Source of the DNA: Oculina patagonica
Lineage: Eukaryota
Direction of reading: 5' to 3'
NCBI RefSeq assembly: GCF_052425735.1
Contig: NC_135761.1
Coordinates: forward strand, 5,022,001-5,086,000
Length of the DNA: 64,000 bases
Part shown: positions 12,547-22,791 of the stretch, one piece after another
How the letters are laid out: every line of letters begins with the position of its first letter
How positions within the stretch are numbered: position 1 is the stretch's first letter
The notes under the pieces: model-generated
The model's input: only the letters and a program-made list of their open reading frames with translations
What the model was told of the DNA's origin: nothing
Database searches by the model: none
Position numbers and translations under genes: made by a program

Positions 12547-13523
12547 AATTAATCTCATTGTTTTGTTCACTGGACTGTCTTTGTCCTTTGTGATTGGCCA
12601 GAATGATAATTTTGGTTTTGGTTTTACGACACTCGACGAAAATCGCTCTATTGAAGCGAAGTTGCTGTGATATCGATGACTTTTTTAATATGTTCAGTCA
12701 TAAAGCAGGGGCATGCATATTCAACAATTTGAGTGAAGTCATTATGCTAGACGCGTACGGTCGGCTGTTTAATTCCTTTTTACCCACCCATAAAATTCAG
12801 TATAACTACGTGACAGCTTTGCATAATAAGTCCAAAGTATTTTATTCAAGCTTCACATGGAACTACACTGTGGACGACCAGTGATTTGTCATTTAGTGCC
12901 TGTTGTTAACAAAATTTATATAACAACAAGGAAATATCCTGATAGCTATATCTACACTAGTCGTAACTGAACTTAGTACTGAAAAAAAAAAGTGCTCGCA
13001 AGAGAGGATGAGGGGTGCTCGACAACATTGTAGGTTATTTATTATGTGAGCAATGCTTTAGCTGTAATATGGCAGCCATTTCAAGTATATGATCACAAGT
13101 TTGATTATTACAAGAGTTAAATCGCATGCAAGTTTTCAGCTAAACTACCACTTAGCCTACAGGCTTCAAAGGTTTAAGCCAGGTTTGTCGTATAAATCTT
13201 AAAAACTTTTTATGCGAAAACTGAGGCTGATAAAGGCCACGATCTTGTGAACATGCCACATACAAAGTATTGAAGGATGACAGAAGCTATTGGCAAATAC
13301 CTGTACAGTGAAAATTAAATTTTGTTCGCATCCATTTGCGACGTAACATTGACATTAAATGAAATGATCGAGTGACCTAATACAAAAATGCCTTTTTTGT
13401 AAACGTTCAGGCTCAATGATAAAAAATATTACGAGCATTTAGTCTCAGCCCCAAGATATGTGTTCTTAATTAAAAATGTATAACCTTAATCTTTCCCAGT
13501 ATAAACAAACGTAAGTTTAATGA

Positions 13524-14753
13524 TTAATGTAGTGCCAAACTGGTAAACAGCACTGAATGAAGGCACCAAACCTTAGTAAAAAACGGACGAAATTGACCTA
13601 ACATGTAGGAGCCCATCTGAGGAGCTGAACTTCTTTTACGAGCCACAACTGGAGTGCTCCGATGGTTAGCGCCTTTGCTTTCGGTGAGACATTTCTCCTT
13701 CCAGAATGTTCCTACCGGAATGCTGAAATAAGTCTTGTGTTTCTCAATAGATCGCGTCAGTTCGGAGAAACTGCATGTGACGTCTTCGTTGTACGGTTTG
13801 CCGTGGCATTCCCTGTGTGCAGAGTATACGCTGGTAGCTTCCTCGCTGTAAAAAGCTTCCACTCCGTGATGGTAGGGGCCGTTAAAAATGTTAACGGAAG
13901 CTAAGCTTGGGAAATGAGGGATCAAGTCATTGTCGTTAACAACTCTCCAACTGTTGTTGACAAGTTGGTCGTGTTGCAGAGCATAATCGTAGTTACCTAC
14001 TCGAGGCATGCCAAACGTGTACAAGATGATGTTCTTACGAGAAGCGATGTCGTAATAACTGAGCCATGTACTTGCCAATGAAGCCATTGCACCTCCTAAA
14101 GAATGTCCTGTAACCCAGATCTGATACGATGGATTCTGCGAAACGAGAGATTTTACTTCCGCCTCCATGCTTGGCCATAACGTGTCAAAACCTCTCTTCC
14201 AGTAGGTTTGAACTTTGCCATCGAAGAACTTTACCTTAGGGGCAATCAAGGTTTCTACGAATTGGACAACCACCTGATCAAAATGCGTGGAGCCGCGAAA
14301 AGCGACCACAATAACTTTCAATGCGTGTGAAACAGCAACATAACCAGAGCAGTCATGATCATTGGCGACATCACAAACCTTTGTAACCACACTCTGAAGT
14401 TGGAAGTTTCCGGTTTTCATGGAGTTGTTGAGACATTTCTGTTGATGTTCCCGGTCACCAGACTGGTCGTACGCTACCGCTGAAAGAAGTAACATCTTCA
14501 TCGATAATTCAGGATCATAATGCGACAATTCGTCATCACAATGAGATTTCTCCACAGTGTTTTCCGCCCTCTTGCAAGGGTTTGTTGCTACAGCGCCTGG
14601 TGCATGACATTCGTTATCCCTCTTGCACCATCTACACGGCTTCATGAACGACGAGCTCACGCATGCACCGCAGGTCTTGGCACTACAGAGGAATGCCTCG
14701 ACTACAGTGAGTTGTGGAAGGATAACAAAGAAGCATAACACCGGACCAAACAT
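13524..14753 (-). CDS. Secreted or GPI-anchored class-3 lipase with PSI-like module, type B2, 409 aa, intronless
   Basis: ATG at 14753; same motifs and tail as B1. Confidence 0.92.
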   Translation of the reverse strand: MFGPVLCFFVILPQLTVVEAFLCSAKTCGACVSSSFMKPCRWCKRDNECHAPGAVATNPCKRAENTVEKSHCDDELSHYDPELSMKMLLLSAVAYDQSGDREHQQKCLNNSMKTGNFQLQSVVTKVCDVANDHDCSGYVAVSHALKVIVVAFRGSTHFDQVVVQFVETLIAPKVKFFDGKVQTYWKRGFDTLWPSMEAEVKSLVSQNPSYQIWVTGHSLGGAMASLASTWLSYYDIASRKNIILYTFGMPRVGNYDYALQHDQLVNNSWRVVNDNDLIPHFPSLASVNIFNGPYHHGVEAFYSEEATSVYSAHRECHGKPYNEDVTCSFSELTRSIEKHKTYFSIPVGTFWKEKCLTESKGANHRSTPVVARKRSSAPQMGSYMLGQFRPFFTKVWCLHSVLFTSLALH

Positions 14754-16481
14754 GGTCAAAGGAAACTTGAAATGATTCAACTACCGTGGATGTTCTAGGG
14801 TTGTCCTCGCCTGACACATTCAACATATTATATGCAGTAAGCAGGCTTCAGCCTTTTATGTATGGACTCATGTGACTTCTGAACTTTCCCAGAATGTGTA
14901 ACCTGAGCAGGGAAGGGGGGGGGGGGGAGAACCTTACCTTATGAACGGTAACGTCGGCTTGTACGGTTTGTTTGATATTGGACATCCATGTTATGGTCAA
15001 TTGACAGCTGTCAAAACAGGGTATCCGCTGACCAGTATCACATGACCATATTGCAGGCTCAGCTGTTCACCTCGTCGAGGTCTTTTTTTAAGCTAACCGC
15101 TGTCCAATTTACTTTTCCCAAAGATGCTCGATAACAGTTTCAGTGCTCTAATATAGCAATTTTGAACTAAATAGGACTATTAGTTTTAGGTTTCCTGAGA
15201 CACAAATACAAATCTTGGCTGTTCAAAAATCTGGTAAAATCCGTGACAAAGTCCGTTTTGTAGACTCTCAGTACAAGTAAGAGATGGCTCTGCACTGAAA
15301 AATCCCAACACTCCAAAATACGATTCAAACCGTCCGTGCAGCTAAATACTGTTTTCTTTTATGTTATTTATCAGCTGAACTCCATCAAGACCTAATACGA
15401 AAGAAAAGAATATTTCAAAACATTTCATTTACTTCATAAATGACATTTCCTTTTCAGAAAATTATATCTTCCGTTCAGCCCTAGACCTAAAAATTTTTTT
15501 TTCGAAAACACAAACGGCTTCCTATTTGTTGTTTAAACTGAAAAGATTCTATGTGGTCTGGTGTTTTGCCCATATTAATATTTTTCTAGTTTCGAATAAT
15601 CAGTAAATGCATAAATTATAACTTGTTGTTCGTAAAAACCTCTTGACACTGCAAACTTAAGTAGTAACGAATGAAACGATGGCAAAACCAATCTGCCGAA
15701 TTTTAACACTTAAGGTAAAGAACTTTTGTCTATGCCCGTAAATTTCAGTTGCAAAGACTTTAATCCGCAATTCAGCTGAACTCCCCGAGTTCTGACGTAA
15801 TTTGTCGGTCATTGTTCTGGTGCTGAGGTATGAAAACGAAACATTTCAAATTAAGATTTTAGTTTCCACGAGTCTCAGCAGATACGGACGACAGGTTTAC
15901 CCAGTTTTAGCTATTTTAAAGTTGGCTTTAAACCTTGATGAAATGAAAGAGCATGTAATAATCGAAATGAAAAAGGATCATTGTAATGTAAAAGGATCTT
16001 CTACGTTTTAAAAAACGTTTGAAGTTTACTCAATTCAAGCTCACGATGCCGATATGATATTATTGGGTTTCTAGTTCCTTCTGGTAACGTTTTCAGTTTC
16101 GTCACACGGTGTTTCATTGAAATTATCCCTATAACAGACCCAGCCTTTTAAAAACATAACACAATGTGTCTAAAATTGCTGTTATAACCGAATTCGAAAA
16201 CGCTTCGTAGCCAATGAAGGACCCGGACGGAGAAACATGAGCAGGCGTGATAACTTTCTGTGAAGTCTTGTAAAGGCAGTGCGGACCAACACATTACAAA
16301 TTACTTTCGAACTATAGAAATTTTTTATAGAATAATTTATTCCGATTCAGTTTCGAACCAATACAATACCTCAGATTGACAGGCGTTGTTCAATATAAGG
16401 CTCGTTTCATCAAGTGAAACAGCTCGCGTTGCCTTTATACATTCAGAGTGAGAGTGGTGAGGTATCAATCCCGACGGGAAA

Positions 16482-17615
16482 ATGTTTCGCTATTTTGAAC
16501 TTGGCTTGGTCATCTTTTTAACACAACTGATTATAGCTGTGGCCTTCCTCTGTAACGACAACAATTGCGAAGACTGCGTTAACTCGCGATTCATTCAGTG
16601 TAGATGGTGCAAGAGGGATAACAAATGTCGCACGCCCTTTGCTGATGCGAAAAGCCCTTGCAGCAGAGCAGAAACCATTGTACAGAAATCTCATTGTGCT
16701 GACGAAGTGTCACGTTACGATCCTGAATTATCGATGAAAATGTTGCTTCTTTCAGCGGTAGCGTACGACCCGGTACATCCTCAAGAATGCCTCGACAACT
16801 CCCTGTCATCTGACAAGTTCAAACTTCAGACTGTAGTTTCGAGGAAGTGTGACATCTTCGGAAACGAATGTTCTGGCTTTGTTGCGGTTTCGCGTGCTGT
16901 GAAAGCTATCGTGATCGCGTTTCGTGGATCTGTGAAGACTGAGCAAGCGATTGCGGAATTCTTCGAATCCTTGCTTTCCCCTGAGACAGAATTTCTTAAG
17001 GGTAAAGTTCAAAGCTACTGGAAGAGAAGCTTCGAGGAGCTATGGCAGTCGGGTATGGAGGCGGAAGTGAAAGCTCTCGTTTCGAAGTATCCGTCATATC
17101 AGATCTGGGTTACAGGGCATTCTTTAGGAGCTGCGCTGGCTTCGTTGGCAAGTACATGGCTCGCTTATTACAACATCGCTCCTCCTAAGAACATCATCTT
17201 GTACACGTTTGGCATGCCTCGAGTTGGTGACTACGACTATGCTCTGCAACACGATCAACTTGTCAACAACAGTTGGAGAGTTGTTAATGACAACGACTTG
17301 ATCCCTCATTTTCCAATTGTGATCGGGGTGCCGAAAAAACTCTCCGGTCCTTATCATCACGGCGTGGAGGTTTTCTACAGCGAAGAGGCCATCAGTGTAA
17401 ATTCTACGCACAGAGAATGTCACGGAAAACCAATCAATGAAGACGCCACATGCAGCTTTTCGGAGAAGCAGCTCTCAATCGAACGACACTTGAACTACTT
17501 TAGTGTTGAAGTTGGATCGTTCTGGTTGACAAATTGTGTTCACCGTACAACGCGCAAGAAACCAGAAGCAGCTGAGAGCTCCAAAAAAAGAAGGCGTTTA
17601 AGTCCGAGAAATTAG
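16482..17615 (+). CDS. Secreted class-3 lipase with PSI-like module, type A2, 377 aa
   Basis: Near-identical to A1, with all catalytic motifs present. Confidence 0.93.
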   Translation: MFRYFELGLVIFLTQLIIAVAFLCNDNNCEDCVNSRFIQCRWCKRDNKCRTPFADAKSPCSRAETIVQKSHCADEVSRYDPELSMKMLLLSAVAYDPVHPQECLDNSLSSDKFKLQTVVSRKCDIFGNECSGFVAVSRAVKAIVIAFRGSVKTEQAIAEFFESLLSPETEFLKGKVQSYWKRSFEELWQSGMEAEVKALVSKYPSYQIWVTGHSLGAALASLASTWLAYYNIAPPKNIILYTFGMPRVGDYDYALQHDQLVNNSWRVVNDNDLIPHFPIVIGVPKKLSGPYHHGVEVFYSEEAISVNSTHRECHGKPINEDATCSFSEKQLSIERHLNYFSVEVGSFWLTNCVHRTTRKKPEAAESSKKRRRLSPRN

Positions 17616-20600
17616 TGGGGAGGACCGGGGTACAAATCACGTGTCACGAAAAATTTAACGGAAATTTCACGTTTAAGTCTGGTTCATAATCGTTTATTAC
17701 ATAGAGGCATTAAAAGGATTTGTATGTAAATGTTCGGCTGTCACAAGGAATGATGTAAAAGATGAATAAATTGCCATTAGAAAACCTTTTTTCCAGTTCT
17801 ATTGTTGTCCGTCGGGTAGTTTTGAAGCACCTCAAAAGCGTTCACGTTATAGTCTTAGTAGCGATTGTGTCGTTCACCTTTATAACGAACGCTCCGTAAT
17901 AGCCGGTCCTTTGCAACACTCCACAAAGCACAAAAAACACTAAATTTCAGAATAAAATTCCCTGACTTTCCCTTGACCTTCAAGGATTTTTCCCCTCGCC
18001 TTTTTCTGACCCTGTTTATAGTGGTGGAAGAGTTTTTATACCAAGTTCAAGCGGTTCAAATGACTGAATAGAATGATACTACAATTTTATGTATGGACTT
18101 GTATGGTATTTGTTTTACGGGTTTTGTTAAAAGCTCGACATTTGCTACAGTATAAATGAAGTCCAGTTTCAGCCCGAATGGTTGACTATTAAATTTCCGG
18201 TTGGAGCCCAAATTACGGATTGAAAAGTAGGGAAAAAAAGTTACAACAAATAGTGAACCCCAGTTCCCCCACTTTCTCAAAGAGCATGAATACAGCCTAC
18301 TGAAAAAAAAACACTTCTTTTTGGCTAAAATTTTACCCAGTTTCCCTTTCTAAATAACAACAACTACACTGAATTGTAGACCATCTTATTGCGTTGTAGA
18401 TACAATTACAGCAGCTCTTAACAGATCCATGACTGTGAAGTTCATGCAAATCAACCGGTCTCGTCTGTTCTGAAGTAGTGATGCTATTGTTCAAGCTATC
18501 TGTCCTTAAAACTCTGAACGTAGCAGTAAATTATTACACAAACGATTCTGGTATAAATGCATTTAGCAGGTACAAGATTGACAGGCGTTGTTCAATATAA
18601 GACTTGTTTCATCAAGTGAAACAGCTCGCGTTGCTTTTATACATTCAGGGTGAGAGTGGTGAGGTATCAATCCCAATGTTTCGCTTTCTTGCACTTGGCG
18701 TGGTCATCTTTCTAACACAACTGATCATAGTCGTGGCCTTCCTCTGTAACGACAACAATTGTGAAGACTGCGTGAACTCGCGATTCATTCAGTGTAGATG
18801 GTGCAAGAGGGATAACAAATGTCGTACACCCTTTGCTGATGTGGCAAGCCCTTGCAGCAGAGCAGAAACCATTTTACAGAAATCTCATTGCGCTGACGAA
18901 CTGTCACGTTACGATCCTGAATTATCGATGAAGATGTTGCTTCTTTCAGCGGCAGCGTACGACCCAGTACATCCTCAAGAGTGTCTCGGCAACTCCCTGT
19001 CATCTGACAAGTTCAAACTTCAGCCTGTAGTTACGAGGAAGTGCGACATCTTCGGAAACGAATGTTCTGGCTTTGTTGCGGTTTCGCGTGCTGTGAAAGC
19101 TATCGTGATCGCGTTTCGTGGATCTGTGAAGACTGAGCAAGCGATTGCGGAATTCTTCGAATCCTTGCTTTCCCCTGAGACAGAATTTCTTAAGGGTAAA
19201 GTTCAAAGCTACTGGAAGAGAAGCTTCGAGGAGCTATGGCAGTCGGGTATGGAGGCGGAAGTGAAAGCTCTCGTTTCGAAGTATCCGTCATATCAGATCT
19301 GGGTTACAGGGCATTCTTTAGGAGCTGCGCTGGCTTCGTTGGCAAGTACATGGCTCGCTTATTACAACATCGCTCCTCCTAAGAACATCATCTTGTACAC
19401 GTTTGGCATGCCTCGAGTTGGTGACTACGACTATGCTCTGCAACACGATCAACTTGTCAACAACAGTTGGAGAGTTGTTAATGACAACGACTTGATCCCT
19501 CATTTTCCAATTGTGATCGGGGTGCCGAAAAAACTCTCCGGTCCTTATCATCACGGCGTGGAGGTTTTCTACAGCGAAGAGGCCATCAGTGTAAATTCTA
19601 CGCACAGAGAATGTCACGGAAAACCAATCAATGAAGACGCCACATGCAGCTTTTCGGAGAAGCAGCTCTCAATCGAACGACACTTGAACTACTTTAGTGT
19701 TGAAGTTGGATCGTTCTGGTTGACAAATTGTGTTCACCGTACAACGCGCAAGAAACCAGAAGCAGCTGAGAGCTCCAAAAAAAGAAGGCGTTTAAGTCCG
19801 AGAAATTAGTGGGGAGGACCGGGGTACAAATCACGTGTCACGAAAAATTTAACGGAAATTTCACGTTTAAGTCTGGTTCATAATCGTTTATTACATAGAG
19901 GCATTAAAAGGATTTGTATGTAAATGTTCGGCTGTCACAAGGAATGATGTAAAAGATGAATAAATTGCCATTAGAAAACCTTTTTTCCAGTTCTATTGTT
20001 GTCCGTCGGGTAGTTTTGAAGCACCTCAAAAGCGTTCACGTTATAGTCTTAGTAGCGATTGTGTCGTTCACCTTTATAACGAACGCTCCGTAATAGCCGG
20101 TCCTTTGCAACACTCCACAAAGCACAAAAAACACTAAATTTCAGAATAAAATTCCCTGACTTTCCCTTGACCTTCAAGGATTTTTCCCCTCGCCTTTTTC
20201 TGACCCTGTTTATAGTGGTGGAAGAGTTTTTATACCAAGTTCAAGCGGTTCAAATGACTGAATAGAATGATACTACAATTTTATGTATGGACTTGTATGG
20301 TATTTGTTTTACGGGTTTTGTTAAAAGCTCGACATTTGCTACAGTATAAATGAAGTCCAGTTTCAGCCCGAATGGTTGACTATTAAATTTCCGGTTGGAG
20401 CCCAAATTACGGATTGAAAAGTAGGGAAAAAAAGTTACAACAAATAGTGAACCCCAGTTCCCCCACTTTCTCAAAGAGCATGAATACAGCCTACTGAAAA
20501 AAAAAACACTTCTTTTTGGCTAAAATTTTACCCAGTTTCCCTTTCTAAATAACAACAACTACACTGAATTGTAGACCATCTTATTGCGTTGTAGATACAA

Positions 20601-21421
20601 TTACAGCAGCTCTTAACAGATCCATGACTGTGAAGTTCATGCAAATCAACCGGTCTCGTCTGTTCTGAAGTAGTGATGCTATTGTTCAAGCTATCTGTCC
20701 TTAAAACTCTGAACGTAGCAGTAAATTATTACACAAACGATTCTGGTATAAATGCATTTAGCAGGTACAAGATTGACAGGCGTTGTTCAATATAAGACTT
20801 GTTTCATCAAGTGAAACAGCTCGCGTTGCTTTTATACATTCAGGGTGAGAGTGGTGAGGTATCAATCCCAATGTTTCGCTTTCTTGCACTTGGCGTGGTC
20901 ATCTTTCTAACACAACTGATCATAGTCGTGGCCTTCCTCTGTAACGACAACAATTGTGAAGACTGCGTGAACTCGCGATTCATTCAGTGTAGATGGTGCA
21001 AGAGGGATAACAAATGTCGTACACCCTTTGCTGATGTGGCAAGCCCTTGCAGCAGAGCAGAAACCATTTTACAGAAATCTCATTGCGCTGACGAACTGTC
21101 ACGTTACGATCCTGAATTATCGATGAAGATGTTGCTTCTTTCAGCGGCAGCGTACGACCCAGTACATCCTCAAGAGTGTCTCGGCAACTCCCTGTCATCT
21201 GACAAGTTCAAACTTCAGCCTGTAGTTACGAGGAAGTGCGACATCTTCGGAAACGAATGTTCTGGCTTTGTTGCGGTTTCGCGTGCTGTGAAAGCTATCG
21301 TGATCGCGTTTCGTGGATCTGTGAAGACTGAGCAAGCGATTGCGGAATTCTTCGAATCCTTGCTTTCCCCTGAGACAGAATTTCTTAAGGGTAAAGTTCA
21401 AAGCTACTGGAAGAGAAGCTT
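16851..21421 (+). repeat. Near-perfect direct tandem repeat, period 2194-2195 bp
   Basis: 16851-19226 matches 19045-21421. The only difference found by eye is one A in a poly-A run (about 18303 vs 20497). Confidence 0.9.
18676..19809 (+). CDS. Secreted class-3 lipase with PSI-like module, type A3 (A4 5' / A2 3' hybrid), 377 aa
   Basis: First ATG is 18676 (ORF track uses TTG 18604). N-terminus equals A4 and C-terminus equals A2. Confidence 0.9.
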   Translation: MFRFLALGVVIFLTQLIIVVAFLCNDNNCEDCVNSRFIQCRWCKRDNKCRTPFADVASPCSRAETILQKSHCADELSRYDPELSMKMLLLSAAAYDPVHPQECLGNSLSSDKFKLQPVVTRKCDIFGNECSGFVAVSRAVKAIVIAFRGSVKTEQAIAEFFESLLSPETEFLKGKVQSYWKRSFEELWQSGMEAEVKALVSKYPSYQIWVTGHSLGAALASLASTWLAYYNIAPPKNIILYTFGMPRVGDYDYALQHDQLVNNSWRVVNDNDLIPHFPIVIGVPKKLSGPYHHGVEVFYSEEAISVNSTHRECHGKPINEDATCSFSEKQLSIERHLNYFSVEVGSFWLTNCVHRTTRKKPEAAESSKKRRRLSPRN

Positions 21422-22004
21422 TGAGGAGCTATGGCAGTCGGGTATGGAGGCGGAAGTGAAAGCTCTCGTTTCGAAGTATCCGTCATATCAGATCTGGGTT
21501 ACAGGGCATTCTTTAGGAGCTGCGCTGGCTTCGTTGGCAAGTACATGGCTCGCTTATTACAACATCGCTCCTCCTAAGAACAACATCTTGTACACGTTTG
21601 GCATGCCTCGAGTTGGTAACTACGACTATGCTCTGCAACACGATCAACTTATCAACAACAGCTGGAGAGTTGTTAATGACAATGACTTGATCCCTCATTT
21701 CCCAATTGTGATCGGGGTGCCGAAAAAACTCGTCGGTCCATATCATCATGGCGTGGAGGTGTTCTACAGCGAAGAGGCCGTCAGCGTAAATTCTACGCAC
21801 AGGGAATGTCACGGAAAACCATACAATGAAGACGCCACATGCAGCTTTTCGGAGAAGCAGATCTCTATCGAACGACACTTGAACTACTTTAGTGTTCAAG
21901 TTGGATCGTTCTGGTTGACAAATTGTGTTCAACGTACAACGCGCAAGAAACCAGAAGAAGCTGAGAGCTCCAAAAAAAGAAGACGTTTAAGTCCGACAAA
22001 TTAG
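20871..22004 (+). CDS. Secreted class-3 lipase with PSI-like module, type A4, 377 aa
   Basis: First ATG is 20871; catalytic motifs intact; AATAAA near 22148. Confidence 0.92.
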   Translation: MFRFLALGVVIFLTQLIIVVAFLCNDNNCEDCVNSRFIQCRWCKRDNKCRTPFADVASPCSRAETILQKSHCADELSRYDPELSMKMLLLSAAAYDPVHPQECLGNSLSSDKFKLQPVVTRKCDIFGNECSGFVAVSRAVKAIVIAFRGSVKTEQAIAEFFESLLSPETEFLKGKVQSYWKRSFEELWQSGMEAEVKALVSKYPSYQIWVTGHSLGAALASLASTWLAYYNIAPPKNNILYTFGMPRVGNYDYALQHDQLINNSWRVVNDNDLIPHFPIVIGVPKKLVGPYHHGVEVFYSEEAVSVNSTHRECHGKPYNEDATCSFSEKQISIERHLNYFSVQVGSFWLTNCVQRTTRKKPEEAESSKKRRRLSPTN

Positions 22005-22498
22005 TACGTAGGGAGGGCCGGGGTACAAATCACGTGTCACGAAAACTGATTTAACGGAAATTTCACGTTTTAGTCTGGTTCATAATTGTTTATTATATAA
22101 GGATTTGTATGTAAATGTTCGGCTGTCAAGGTATGTTGTAAAAGGTGAATAAATTGCCATAAAAAAACCTTTTTTCCAGTTCTACTGTTGTCCGTCGGGT
22201 AGTTTTGAAGCACCTCAAAAGCGTTCACGTTGTAGTCTTAGTAGCGATTGTGTCGTTCACCTTTATAACGAACGCTCCGTAATAGCCGGTCCTTTGCAAC
22301 ACTCCACAAAGCACAAGAAAACACCAAATTTCAGAATAAAATTCCCCGACTTTCCCTTGACCTTCAAGGATTTTTCCCCTCGCCTTTTTCTGACCCTGTT
22401 TATAGTGGTGGAAGAGTTTTTAAACCAAGTTCAAGCAGTTCAAATGACTGAATAGAATGATACTACAATTTTATGTATGGACTTGTATGGTATTTGTT

Positions 22499-22710
22499 AG
22501 ACTTTTATTTAGGAAAGCGTTGGACGATTTTTACTTGTAATATTTTATTGTAGTTTTTTAAGGTTTTTAACTAAGTGCATGATCCGCTTTTTACACAATT
22601 TTCATAGTATATTATATAATTAGTAATTTTAGTAATTTTTAATTTTTAATCAGCAGGACCCCGTTGATAACAGTACGCATGTACTGAAGGGCTATCCTGG
22701 ATAAACATTC

Positions 22711-22789
<79 letters not shown>
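22499..22789 (+). mobile_element. Short LINE/SINE 3' end with (TTA)n tail
   Basis: Absent from the paralogous spacers (about 18110, 20304). TTGTT on both sides, stem-loop CAGTACGCATGTACTG, about 26 TTA units. Confidence 0.75.

Positions 22790-22791
<2 letters not shown>

Noticed and set aside
18604-18675. N-terminal extensions in the ORF track (18604, 20799, 8153, 10288, 14780, 39799)
   Set aside because: They begin at TTG or GTG. In this eukaryote the first ATG gives a proper signal peptide or transporter N-terminus.
927-21932. Recurrent antisense and alternate-frame ORFs over the lipase genes (e.g. 1460-1879, 7011-7475, 9181-9630, 21513-21932)
   Set aside because: Shadow ORFs. They recur only because the host CDS is duplicated, and their starts and stops are not conserved among copies.
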